From: Macrostomum lignano
Taxonomy: Eukaryota
Direction: 5' to 3'
Length of the DNA stretch: 64,000 nt
Assembly: GCA_002269645.1 (NCBI GenBank)
Contig: NIVC01001753.1
Span: forward strand, 1-64,000
The translations under genes and the position numbers were made by a program. The notes beneath the pieces were generated by a model. That model made no database searches. It worked only from the letters and a program-made list of their open reading frames with translations, and had not been told where the DNA came from. Positions within the stretch are counted from its first letter, which is position 1, and every line of letters starts with the position of its first letter. Positions 13,659 to 27,245 of this stretch are shown here, piece after piece.

Positions 13659-15139
13659 GCCTGCCAATTGATGTTCACAGCAATAGAATTTTTTGTTAAA
13701 ATTAGCGAAACTTGCCGTCCCGCAACTGTTAATTGCGTTTTTCCTCATTTCCGCGTTGTCTTAAATTGCGGAATCTCTCTGGGTGCATGGCCCGTCAGCT
13801 GAGTATCTTTCTACAGTCCACCTTTTTGCACTTTATCAAAGTTTTGCGCGCACACACACACACCTTGGATACTGCTGCCTTTTTGTCTTCTGTTTGTTTT
13901 GTTTCTAATCAAATTTCTATTGCAATATTAACGGTAGTAACTATATGAATCGTGCTTATTATAATTACTAACAGCTCAAGCTTGATATTCTAGTCCTGCC
14001 AGATTTGAGATCGATTCGAGAATAAAGCAACTCCACTTGTACATTTCTAGGCAAACTGATTGCTGGTGAACTATTAATTTGAGTAGATTTTCTGTGTGTC
14101 GCACCATATTAAACTCGAGTGTTATTGTTATTTCACTTCATTAATGATTGCACATCCGCTCTGTCTTTTATTCGTTTTGCGCTTTTGGTTACTATAGCAA
14201 CCGCTCCGCGTCCGCTTTTTATCGATTCCTTCGTTTTGTGCTCAGCCTTGTTTTCTTCTCTACTTTTTCTGTTGTTTTTTTTCTACTTCTTATGTCTTTA
14301 GCCGAAAAGACAAGCAAAATAACGGAACGCAGAGCCTGTCCGTTGCTGGAGCTCACGTCGCTGCCTTCACTTGCAAATAGGGGAAAATGAAATTGTGCGC
14401 AATTGTCGCTTAGCGTTAGCCTCGTGGTACTGTTAATAACACATTCTTTATTAATATTTTGTTTAAGCACATTTTTAAGAAGCTGCACACACAAACTTTA
14501 TGTAGTCAGCAATTTCTGAGTCCCAGCTTCATCATATATCTATTTATGGTGTCAATTAGCAGCAAAGAAGCCGCGTTTTTCACCCCTGCACCCACCCACC
14601 TCATCTCCAATGTCAATTCGATCCCCTTTGTTCCCTCTCCAGTCTCCTGCATACATATTTATTTATGATTTATTAGTTTGTATATGCATAAATAAATGGA
14701 GCGTTGGCTCTACTAAAACTGTCAAAATTAAACGAAACATTAAAGTTGCAACGTTTTCTTCTTGTTTATTGTGTTCATTGATGCCGGTTTCCTATATGAG
14801 GGCTCCGGGGCACCCTGGCGCAACGCCTTAGGCACCATCGGTCCCATACATGCGCAACAGTCGGCCGATCCGGCTGACCGATTTGGCGGCCAACCAAGGT
14901 AAGTCGCAAAAATGCCCACCCCAAAGAATACAGACGTAGTACTAATTAGATGACAAGGCATTTAGCCCTAATAAGACAGTCATAGCTACTCCTACCGTTT
15001 ACCCGAAATTGCGTTAATTTTGCTTTAGGGTTTCTCTTTCACAGGTAAGTCGCATTTTTGTTAAAACTAAGTCGCACGGCCGACCGAATTTTGGAGGTTG
15101 CGCATGTATGATCGGTCCCACAACCAGCGCTGACGGCAG

Positions 15140-15300
15140 TTCTGCCCATCCCGCCGACTTCTGAGCACATGCAAGCGCGCCAATACTGTACACGCAGGCA
15201 CAGCACTCATTCATACATACGGTTCACACAGGGTGTACAGCAGCCTTTCGATTTTCTCTTCGTCAGACATGTGCACCTTCTGTGCCTTGGAGGAAGGGTG
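15140..15300. repeat. Dispersed repeat family with core CACAGGGTGTACAG(T/C)GGCCCTTTGA; other copies near 19285, 44230-44345 and inverted at 48585-48680
   Basis: Similar sequence blocks seen by eye at four locations. Confidence 0.6.
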
Positions 15301-16900
15301 GCGCTCCCGCGCGCATAGATGTGAATCAGTGGCATTGGGGCCGTGGTGCGATTCAGACACGTTTACCGCTGAACTGCTCTTCCCCTGCTGGTTTCCTAGA
15401 AAGTAAGTGAATTTCTTAGAACATTCTAATATAATAGGATATCATATTTTATAGAGGCACTGTGGCATCGAGTATGAACTCGAGTAAAAATTACACATGT
15501 AAATCCACCAAAATCAATACTTCCAAGTCGATCTGACATTGAAAAATTCGCTGGAGAAAACACCACCGCCTGCACAGTCTCCGGTGTCCAAAAAGTACTA
15601 TAGATTTGCTTGAAAGTTTTAACGGAAATTTGCATCTCACCTTTAATCAAAGACAAACCAAATTTATTTAGATTTTTTCCTAATCACAACGCAATTGATG
15701 TTTTCTTACTAACCTTAGTTGCTAAATGCAGCTAATTTCACTGTTCTTTAGATGAATGTCTGAATACTTCGCATAATGCTAAGCAGTCTGCTTCCCTTTA
15801 CAATGCATGGTACACGGAACATACACCGCTGTAATGGTACATACACGCGACAGACAGTCCACTACTGGTGTCTATGGTCAAAACACTTATCACTGCCGCC
15901 ACATTGCGGCCATAGACATGCAGCGGTTGCAAGACCAATGCGCCTGATACAACAGTAGAAATCGTGTCCTGCTCGTTTGAACAGAAGCTACAGACAGCCA
16001 GACCGGGGAAAGAAAATTTCCCTTTTTTGATTGACAGGCCACTCGAAAGCTCCGCTCCGGCCTCCGAGGCACAATTTTGAAGGGTTAGGGCGGATGAGTA
16101 AACACTTCGCGGCTTGTATAGCTCGCTTGCATCTCAGTTTGACAGCTCAAAATGCGGATATTTCTCCCAATATGGAGGCGTCGAGGGAGGGGGGGATTAT
16201 TCCTGTCCGACCGATTCATCCTCAAACTGGCAATAATTTTGAATACCCTGATTTATCATACCTTCACCAATATTACTCTCTCACCTGTGAGAATTTCACC
16301 CAGTCAAACCCGGGGCTTGGGTTTGCTTGGCTAGGTTGATGGGACAGAATCTGTAGCAGCAGTTGATAAATTTTGACAAACAACATATAGCAATTAAAAA
16401 TTCTAAACATAAAAATTTCAATTCTTTTTTTATTCACAGAGAGTAACATTTGCATTAAAAAAAGAACAAAAATGTACAAAGTATGAGTACAAGTGGCGGA
16501 GGATCGTCCTGTATATCAGCAAGAAAATACAACAAATTAAATGTTAAAAAAGCAACTCGGTAAGCTCACACATTGTTCCAGAGTCCCAAGTTTAAAGTCT
16601 CTGTCATGTCTGAACCCCGCATTTACAACACAAAAATTAGTAGCATCAGAAAAAAGTTCTAAAAAACTAAAATCGCTACTAAATTGGCGTCTGAGTAGTA
16701 ATATAAGAGTATTACGCTGAAAAAGGCTCCGAGCCAGTTTCTGAATTTATCTCATGTTTTTAACAATGTGAAGGATTGGATTAAAATTGGAGCAAAGCAG
16801 CATAGCCATGCGGCGCTGGATAAGTGTGCGACCCAAAAAGAAAGCTTAGAAAATCACCAAAGCCCAAGCTTATGGAGTGCAGGGCACGTGGCTATGGCAT

Positions 16901-17070
16901 GTGAACACACATTAGTAAAAACAGCGTGAACACACATTAGTAACAGTGTGAACACACATTAGTAACAGTGTGAACACACATTAGTAACAGTGTGAACACA
17001 CATTAGTAACAGTGTGAACACACATTAGTAACAGTGTGAACACACATTAGTAACAGTGTGAACACACATT
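16901..17070. repeat. 22-bp tandem repeat GTGTGAACACACATTAGTAACA
   Basis: Read directly from the sequence. Confidence 0.92.
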
Positions 17071-17144
17071 ACATTTGTAATAAACGAGCCTTCATTTGCT
17101 TAAAAAATCACAAAGTTTATTGTTATAAGAATTATAAGTTTATA

Positions 17145-17375
17145 CGAATGTATAATCCCGCATCTCAGATATCTAAATCCCGCATATCAGACATCTAAAT
17201 CCCGCATCTCAGATATCTAAACCTCGCATCTCAGGTGTCTAAATCCTGCATCTCAGATGTCTAAATCCCGCATCCCAGATCTCTAAATCCTGCATCTCAG
17301 AAATCTAAATTCCACATCTCAGATGTCTATTAAACCCCGCATCTCAAATATCTAAATCCCGATCCCAGATGTCCA
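17145..17375. repeat. 22-bp tandem repeat CCCGCATCTCAGATATCTAAAT (degenerate)
   Basis: Read directly from the sequence. Confidence 0.88.
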
Positions 17376-17509
17376 CACACCTGTAATCTATATTATCCGA
17401 ACCTATATTTAAGTGTTGAGTTTATATTCATAAAAACAAATGAATACCAAAGCTTTTAAACAAAACGCTAAACTCTTTAACTTAATTTACAATAAAACTC
17501 TGCATTTTG

Positions 17510-20500
17510 TTAATTAGCCTTAGCCCGTACAACGGCCTGATTCAGTCTGGCCACGTGCGGACACAGGCCGGCCAGTTTGTCCAAGCTCAGTCCTTGAATA
17601 GCCGCTAGTGGCGCCAGTTGATCAGCGTTACGCGCCGCAGCGCACAAAGCCCGCGCCAACGTCAGCTGGGCGGCCTCCGAAGCGCCGGAGGCGGCCATCG
17701 CCTGCAAACGGTCGGTCAGGAGGCAGCCGAGGTCGAAAGCAAGGGACTCGTTGCCCTGAAATGGCGGGAGCGATATTGCGGCAGGATCGGTCGGGTTTGC
17801 AGGTTTAAAGATATTGTATTCTTGACTCTATCTATACAAGCAGCACCGCTACAGCTCTTCAGGAAATGTTACACCCTCTAATTCCTCTGGGATTAATACT
17901 AAAAGTATAACTCTTTTAGGGATTAATGCTACACCCTAACTCCTCAGGGATCAATGCTACACCCCCAATTGCTCACCGGCCGCAGCAGAAGCAAGTTAAG
18001 CGCCAATGCCCCGCCCACTTCAGGCAGTCCGGCCCGGCCACCCGAGGCCAGCAGTCGGCGGGCACAGTTGGCCAGTCGATCGGCCGAAACGCCGCCGGCA
18101 AGCAAGTCGCTGGCCGAGTTGACAGCCACCCGGCCGGCCAGTTCGGCAAAAGCGGGCTGCCGATCTGACCTGGCCAGCAGCTGTTCGAGCGTCGACACGA
18201 AGCGATCAGCGGCCGCAGGCGCAGCGAGCGGACTCGGCTGGCTGGAATCACCAGACGTCGCTGTGCGTCGGAGAAGCGACGTGAGGCGCCGACTGGAATC
18301 GGCGCAAATTTCCGCTTCGTTTAAAGCGTCGAGCCAGCAAAGCTCGGCGTCTTCGCGGCTGTCGGCGACATCGTCAGGTCCGGTGTCGTCGGCAAAGTCG
18401 GCTGGCGGATTAGCAAATTTGATGGGGCTTGGAAGCTGCGACTGCGGCTGAGTCTGCGACTGTGGCACCTGTCCGCTACCACTGCCGGGGCCTAAATAAA
18501 AAGCGGATTAATTATTAGCATGCTACTATTAGTAGGAAAAAATGATAGGCCGAGTATATTAGTAGTACCTGTACATGATGAGAGATCGCACTTTCAGAAA
18601 AAAGATGAACAGAAAAGGACCATGCTCAATACAAAGAGTGCAAATCATATTTTTTAACTTCTATAAACATAAAAATTTGTTTTTTTAACCGTGTCACTTA
18701 TTACACAGGTGAGGTCCCGAGTTTGAATCCGAGTTTTCAAGTCCGAAAATCTTTAACACACTAACCAGCTGCGCCTCCGCCACCAGCTGTAGTAGGCCCG
18801 GAATTAGCGGCAGTGGAATTCGAATAGTGATAGCCCTGGGTGTGAGTCAGCTGCATCTGCATCGAGCTGAGCATCTGTTCCAGCTGGGCGCCGAATGGCG
18901 TCGACAAGACTTCGGCAGGCAGGCCGGTGATGCGCGCCGGAATGCCTTGGCCAGTGAGAAACTGGGCCAGCTCATCGGAGAAATTGTTGCAGTTGTGTCG
19001 CAGCAAATTGTACCGGCTGCCGTGGAATCTGTCCCGACTCAGGTCAGCTAGCAGCTCATCTAGCACCTCCTTGGGCATCTCTGTGCGGCCTAGGTTGTGC
19101 ACCTCCAACGGCTCGCCAAGCACTGTACCACTCTGAATTACATTATAATGGTTAGTTAATGTAGTATAAAAGCAATCACTTATGTAATAATAATATTCTA
19201 AGTATTCTGGGCACCCTAGAGCAATGCCTTTGGCAACATCAAGAGTTCTGCAAATTCCTCTGTCTCCTTATTATATGCAGACATACACTGGGTGTACAGT
19301 GGCCCTTTGACTTCTCTAATCATCAGATATCTTCAGGCCTTTGGAGGGTGTGAGTTGCATAATTTGACGACCCCTTGGAACCACTTGTTGAACACAAGCC
19401 CTAAATTAATATAGTCCAGAATAGAATTAATTCAAAACTTGATTTGAAAATATATATAGATTTTCTCCTAGATTTTCTTTTGGAGCTTTTTATTAGTTAT
19501 TTTAGTAATTCTATCTTTATAAAAAACATCAATATTAAATACTTACAGGTAAACAAAATTGAATTCCATCACTTCCAAAGAAGTACTCGTGGCCAAAGAC
19601 AACAATTGATGTGTGCCAAATTCCATCAATTTGTTTACCTATCAAGAAGAAAGCATATAGATAACTTGCATTGTAGATAAAATTGTTTAGGTTCAATCAA
19701 CTTTTTTGTACTTAAAGACAAGTGGCATATATAGCTATTAATACATTTTAAGATTTATTATAATTATTAATTGTTAATCTTACAGATGCATAAATTTATT
19801 TTATTGTAATATACTAGCCTACTTTTAATATGTCTAAAGTTTCAAAATAGTCCATGGGCAGCAGGAGCTTGTGGCATTGGGGACATGTGCCACCCCTAGA
19901 AAATGAGTCTACGAAAAGGTAATTTTTAGTGCTTTTATAGCTTTTTCTGATTTTAGGCCCTAATTAGTAGCTTATAAAAGACCTGTGCCCCCCCTAAAAT
20001 ATTAGGCTCTGCCACCCTTGAACTTGAACTTTTAGCAGCATCTTAATCAAGTTATAACTAGCTAACAATAGTGATAGAATAGATCCTATATACTAAAAAT
20101 AAGTTGTCTTCTATGCTATATTTGATTTGCTAGCAAAAATGCTAGCATAGCTAGTATAAAATGATTGAAGTTATTTATATTTATAATATATTAGATAACA
20201 TGTTTATTATTTTATATTGTTCAGTGACTTAAATATCATTTTTTCATAGAAAGTGTCCATTTTTAGCGATTAAGTATTTTTTAAGTGAATCGAACTCACT
20301 CAGTCTCACACTGTCAAGAAACTTTTTTGTTCAATGCAATGGCCTAACAACAGCACAACCAAAATTTTCCATTGAAAAAATAGGTTTATTCATTTATTGT
20401 TATGTAAATTTGGTGCTTTTAACAAAAATGCACAAAACGATTAAAACTGAGCTGAAGACTAAGCTACAATCCCAACCCCAATCCCAATCCTAACCCCAAT

Positions 20501-20623
20501 CGGCAATCCCAATCCCAACTCCAATCTCAACTACTACATGATTAACTTACCAAGAAACATAGGCGAAAGAGACTTTGCCAAGCCTTGTGAAATATCGTAG
20601 ATGTAGAGTTTGACTTCAGTCAT
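17510..20623 (-). CDS. DESI1: Desumoylating isopeptidase 1 (PPPDE peptidase) with C-terminal helical extension; exons 20623-20551, 19638-19547, 19132-18766, 18491-17977, 17755-17510
   Basis: Spliced protein reads [49 protein letters not shown]...[21 protein letters not shown]...[11 protein letters not shown]. The His (WHTS) and Cys (HNCN) catalytic dyad is present, and all junctions are GT/AG with consistent phase. Confidence 0.92.
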
Positions 20624-21028
20624 AGCTAAAAGCAAGAATTTGTATCCGAAAAACAGTTAGTTGACTGAAAATCACAAAAAGATTTGCTATTTTACTGAGC
20701 AACGCCTAGTAAAGCTAGTTAAATAATAATAAAAAATGCACACTCATGTTTGCAGTGCAAATTTTATCGTGACAGCAAAGTATAACAAACAGGTAAGCAA
20801 TTTTTTACAATGCTAAAAGTTTTAGCACCAGTAAGTTACAAAAAATAAAAAAAAACAACTTTATTTGTCGTAATAACGTTTTCTTTTAAAACACTATTTT
20901 TTCAAAAAATCTACTTTCCTATCGGAGTTCCAAGAAAATTTAGAAAATTTAGTGTTTGTCAGGTTTATATCAAGAATACAACCAGAGACTGGGATATTTG
21001 AAAATATCTTCAGATTTGCAACAGGGAC

Positions 21029-24000
21029 ATGACTAAAAAACTATTAAGTGAGTAATTTTGATTTGCCTATTCTCTTACAACACAAACAATTTATGCATGT
21101 GTTATCCATTGCAATACAATTTGGCTATGCCTATAGGCATGTTAATCTTTCTTTAGGTTTAAGTTTAAGCATTAGTTCTTTAAGGTCATGACATTAAATG
21201 CCTTTAAGACTATATAAAATTTTAGGTAGCGGTCCAGTATAGTAACAGCCATTTTGCTAGGGGGCTAACAGCCACTTTGGTAACAAGTGAGAATAATATA
21301 ATATATATTAATTGATATGCTTTGAAAGAATGTGCAAATAAACTTTAAAGAAAGAACAACAAAACACATGCATACCTGCATGTGTTTAACTTGTTTAAAA
21401 GTGTTTTGAACAATCTATTTTAACTTCCGGATGAGTCAGATATATGCACCCAAGACATCCTGTAATTGACCAAATATTGTGTACTATGCACATTAGAATA
21501 ACTGATCTAGCTAGAGAATAGCAACTTAGAATTTAATAATCTACTTTTTTCATTCATTGTTTAATTTTTTTTCAATTTTAATATATGTGAGCTTGCTTTG
21601 CTTAATTTTTTTTGCTTTCAAATTTTTCACAAAGTAATGCAGAAGTTTAACCAAATTATAATACAGTTCAACTAGAAAGTTTAACTGTATATGGCAATAA
21701 GTCATAAGATATTTGAGATGTTAATTATTAAACGAATTATTGCTAAACCTAATTATCATAAAAATTAAGTGTTGATAGTCATAAATTTGCTTTAGTCATT
21801 TTTTTTACCAAAGTGGGCTATTACCAAAATGGCTGTTACCAAAGTAGATTGTATTCAAATTTTATATCCTTTGGTATTAGTAGACCTTGATTTGCTCACC
21901 TTATTGATAATAAATAAATGAAGCTTAAATTCATTTTTCAATATTGACAACAAAAAACAATGTTTCAACATACTAAGGCTATAATCAATAGTGTTCCGCC
22001 ATAGCCATAGCTATGGCTACAGGATCCTATGGCAAATACAGTAAAATAGGTGCCTATGGCAGCTATGGATATGCCTATGGTAGCTAGCTGCTCTTATGGC
22101 TACAAATACAAGAATATGGTAGTTGTTGTCACATTCCATAGATTCCTATAGCCGTAGTTATTAATGTTAAAAAAATAGAAAAAAATGTACCGTCACAGAA
22201 AAATTTCTGATTGAACAGTGCAAGTTCGAACAAAATCGGTTGAGCCGTTTTTGCTAAAATCGATCAAACACACACACATATACCGACAGACCATTTTTAG
22301 TATATGGACATTAAAAACAAGTAGAATAAAACAAATATTACTTTTAGTAAACTGTATTATCAACTTAGAAACTCTTAAAATATACTTAATAAAGTACAAT
22401 TAAACACTAGCAAACTCTAATTTTTATTAATGTGAAAAAGTTCAAAATTAGTACTTTCAGCAACTATTAAGTATTGTTGCTCTGAAAAAAGAGGAAATAT
22501 TATCTTACAAAGGCAATCAAGTGTTTCTTTTAATTTCTAATTTAATTTGCAGTTGTTTAAGCACTAGGTTATCTTCTTGAATAAAATATTTTGTTTTCTA
22601 AACTTTTTGTTAAAACTATGACTATAGCTATGGAAACTATGGGAATATAGTAATATTGGGGTCCCTATAGCTACAGAATATGGAGAATTGGAATAAGCCA
22701 TAGTTTTGCTTATGGCTACAGCCATGGTACATGGACCCTCTATGGCAGAACACTAATAATCAGGGTATAATTTGTTAATGAAACACAAAAAATCTAAATC
22801 TATGAATGATTGTATATTCTAATGCATCAAATAAAAAGGGAATAGTGAATATAAAAAAGGATAAAAAACTAGACTAGAGATAAAGGTAAGTAAGAAAGAG
22901 AGAAAAAGAGAGCACTAAGGAAGGAAATATGAATTATATACACAAAATCTAGTCAACCTCAAAACACTCTAATAAGGTGACTTATATCACTATGCAATGC
23001 CAATAGCTAAACATTGAAGCTAGGCCATACTCCGGATCATGTTGGCCATAGTCCAGATCATGGTCTAGGCATATGCCAGAATGAAAATTCTTGTTTTTTT
23101 AATTTTATGCCCATGTAAAATTTAAATTTTTTACACCAAGCTTAGAGTTTTTTATAGGCCAATATTTTTAGAGAATACAATATTAGAAATAAAAGAGTTA
23201 TACTAAACTCTAATAGCATGGTTGTTTTTTGCTAAAAACTGATATTCTTTGTTTAAATTTAGTTTTTCTTATAAATTGCATTAATATTTTTTATTTTAGT
23301 TTCCAATTATTTTGAAAAGAGCTTTTGTTGGTTGATATTTAACTATACAATTATATTAGCCTTAAAGTCAGATATTTTTTGTATGCCGACTATGTACACT
23401 TCATATTGTACCTAAAAATTCTATATGCCAAGTGTATACCAAGATTGTGCAAAAGCAAGAATATGCCAGAATTTTCTAACATAAAGGCTACCTTCAGGAC
23501 TATGGCATGTTGGATGCATGCTGGAATGTATACTAGGGAGTTTTTTGTTTGCATGCCTACTGCACACTATGCTTGCTGACTATATGCCATGTATGCCATT
23601 GATATTAATTAACAATAGGCCTACAAAAATCAGTTTGATAAGCATTTTCAAACATTACATTAAAAAATGTATAAGAAAAAACAATGCTTTAAAAATTATA
23701 ACCATAGGCATAAGCATTAAATTATGTTACAAATACTAGTAAATCTTTTCTAGTAAAAAATAAAAAAATAAAATAGATTTATGAATATTTTTGAAATCTT
23801 AAGAAGACTGCCCTACTACAATCATACCATACCACATTCTATACTATCAAGGCCAAGCTATTCCATAGCATAGCATACCACTATGCCACATATATAAATG
23901 TATGCCAATGCATGCCAATTTTTTGGCTAAACCAAATGCATGTTGGAATTTTCTGGCATGATGTATGCCTTCTGGAGTATGGAAGCAAGGGTTTTGAGCC

Positions 24001-27000
24001 TTAATATGCAATGTTCTTAGAATCCCAAACAGTCAATACTTTTAGAAGGTTCACTTTGTTCTCTATTACAGCATCATAATATAGATATCATCTTAAAGGT
24101 AAAACCATTCATTTTTTCCATAAGTTTTCTGGTATAAAGGACATTTAGACTATGGCATTGGCTTATAGTTTTTTTAAAACCTTTGTTTTCTAGCATGTAG
24201 TTGATATCTTCAAGATTATAATATACTCTTCATATTTTTATTATTTTATATATTATATTAAAACAAAAAATCAAAGCTTTAACCAATTGTATAACATTGT
24301 ATTATATAAGCATAATGATTTTTAGAAACACTTTGCTTAAATGCATGTGCGTGTGTCAATTCAATTATTGGCCTAGCTGACTGGGCCTGTGTCAATGATA
24401 TCCTGAATCATGTTTAAATATAGAATAATTGCTAATCAATCTTTGCCATTCTGATTAATATATATATATAAAAGTATGCACTAAAGGTTAAGCCTTTATT
24501 TAAGGCAATCATTTAGTATATGCCAAAAATGCTATATTAGTATATTCTGAAATGTAAAAGAAGTCTAATAGATAAGATAGGGAAAGGTCCAATAGATAGA
24601 TCTATAGGTTAAAAAGGGCATTTATGACACTAATATTGGTTTTTTCATTTTAACTTAGCCTATAAACAACCAATCTCAGCTATCCTATAGCATATATAGT
24701 GTTAGCCAGAGCTGGGTTTTAACTGCAGACATGCTCTCTTTTTATAATCAAAGCCTATAAGTAATCTATCTTGAAGTCCATGGCATTGAAATACAAGGGG
24801 TGTCCCAGAAGCCGATGACAGAAGTGTGCAGCGCACCCAGTGGTGACTATGTGGAGAAGCCTCGGGACAATGTTGATTAACTTTTAACTGTTCTTTCCTC
24901 AGCTTTCATGTTGCGGATGTTTTGTTGATTCATTGAATGTTTCGTTGTTTCATGCATCAGGTACAAAGCTTTGGTCTATGGCAATTTGTAAAAGTAGCAC
25001 AGGGGGTGGGGCAGGAAAGTGCTCATATCTCAAGAATACCAGCAGATACAGAAATAAACAGAAAGTCATTTTAATGGGCAGATAATTCTCTTTTCAACTG
25101 CAACAGACTTAATATTTCTGATTGGTCAGAAAAGGCTGTAGTGAAGAAAGTGCACCGACTTTTGGGATACCCCTCATAAATCATTTGGATAAGATAGATT
25201 GCTCATATAAAATAATATTGGTAGGCTCTTTACTATGCTATGTTTATAGCACATGATTGCGTAGGACCTTGTTGCATATAAAATTTTCCCTAGAAATAGT
25301 ATCTTCAAAAGTATGGCAATATTAGAAAAAGGCATATGCATAAATAATGCCTTTATATGTACAACTGATCAAAACAATTGATAGGCAAAAATTTAGCCTC
25401 ATGGCAAAAACTAATTGAGTTCATGTAGTATTTTTAAATGTTTAATTGTTTTTGTTCTGTTTTGCTTCAAATTCATTTTAAAATATTTTTATCTACTTAA
25501 CTAAAATACCATTTAAAAAATATGAATATAATCTTGGCTTAGATATCCTGGCTTAAATAAAAAAACTAGCCAAAATGTAAAAAAAGTTATAATTTTTTGT
25601 TATTCTGTTTATTTTTTTAGCATTGAAACTTTTTTGTAAACTGTTTAAATTTTACAATACTAAATTCATTCAAACAATGTATTCCAATCCTACCATCATG
25701 GTTCTAGCATCAAATAAAAATCATGCAAACAATCATATTGATGCCCTTTGATATTAATAAACCTGTAAAATTATTACTAACTTGTAGAGAGTCGCAGCAA
25801 GCGTACTTCATGCCGGCAAAAGTACAAGGTGCAGAAGAAGGTAAGGGAACACCTGCGCAAGGTGAAGAAAGAGGCCAAGAAGAATCCTAAACGAAAAAGT
25901 AAGTATTGTTGGCAGCTCTTTTAAACTACGAGGGCTGTCCCTAAAGAGAAGTGTCAAAAAACAATTTAGCAGAGTAGCATAAGTACTTTTGATTGAATGC
26001 ACACAAACTTCTTTGTTAGGCCACTGAGACAAAGAGATATGTATGAAAAAGCTTGAAGAAACAAAAAACTTTTTAAGCAGCAGAATATTTCACATTGCCG
26101 ACTGGTGGAGCCAACTGTGAAGAAGACTTCAAATTTACCATAGACGAAACGATCAGTTCGCGTGCGTGATGTTATTTGGATCATCACAACGAGATACTCG
26201 TAAATAAATAATCAACAGTAACACTACTTTTGGGATAGTCCTTGTATCTTGCGCATTAATTTTGGCTTTTGTGAGCGTCACCACCCAGACACACAGTGTG
26301 TACACTGCGCCTGACGAAGTAATTAAATAATGTGCAATAAAATCCATGCAAGATCGGCTAAACCTCGCACCTGTCCGCAGAGAAAGACCCGGGCGTGCCA
26401 AATTCGTTGCCATTCAAAGCCGAGGTGCTTCAACAAGCCGAAGCGATGCGCGCCGCCCATCAAGCCGAAAAGCGGGCGGCCGCCGATCTTCAGCGCCTGG
26501 TGGCCAGCGCCCAGCAGCGCCAGCGTCAGCACGAGCGCCAGGTAGGCGCCGCTAAAGCGGCCGCCGCGGCAAACGGACCGCCCGCAGAACACGTGGAACG
26601 ATCAGCTAAAGCTTTTCATCGGGAGTTTAATAAGGTGCGCTTGGCTTGTTAAATCCCCGAGGAGGTTTTAATTATTTTTCAGAAGTGTTTATCCTATGCC
26701 TAAATCTATGTTGATAGTATCGCAAGACTGATCTCTTAATCCCATTTCTGATGATATAATCCCATATATGGTCCCCTTTTCTATTTCGGGATTCTCTCAC
26801 CCCACCCTAACTCTCCAGGTTATCACATCGGCGGATGTTCTCCTCGAGGTTCTGGACGCTCGCGATCCCCTCGGCAGCCGATGCCGCGAACTTGAAGAGG
26901 CTGTACTCAGCCGGCCTGACAAGCGGCTAGTACTGGTGCTCAACAAAGCCGATCTGGTGCCCGCGAGGTGCTCAGACGTTGGGTGGCTCATCTGCGCAAG

Positions 27001-27201
27001 GAATTGCCTTGCGTAGCTTTCCGCTGTTCGACCCAAGCGCAACGGGCTAGGATTGGACAGAGGTTAGTAGTACTTTCGCTACTCAGTAGTATCTCTGCTA
27101 CTCAGTAGTATCTCCGTTTCTTCAATCTACCTTTCCTAGACAGACAGACAGGCAGGCAGACAGACAGACAGACAGACAGACACTAAGACAGACAGACACT
27201 A

Positions 27202-27245
<44 letters not shown>

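Noticed and set aside
12300-13748. Antisense and alternative-frame ORFs over GC-rich exons (also at 17954, 32172, 42212, 45402, 47208, 58962, 60321)
   Set aside because: Shadow ORFs caused by GC-rich codon usage of real genes on the other strand or frame.
19853-20020. Possible small MITE (CATGGGCAGCAGGAG ... CTCTGCCACCCTTG)
   Set aside because: The inverted termini are imperfect and no TSD was found; support is too weak.
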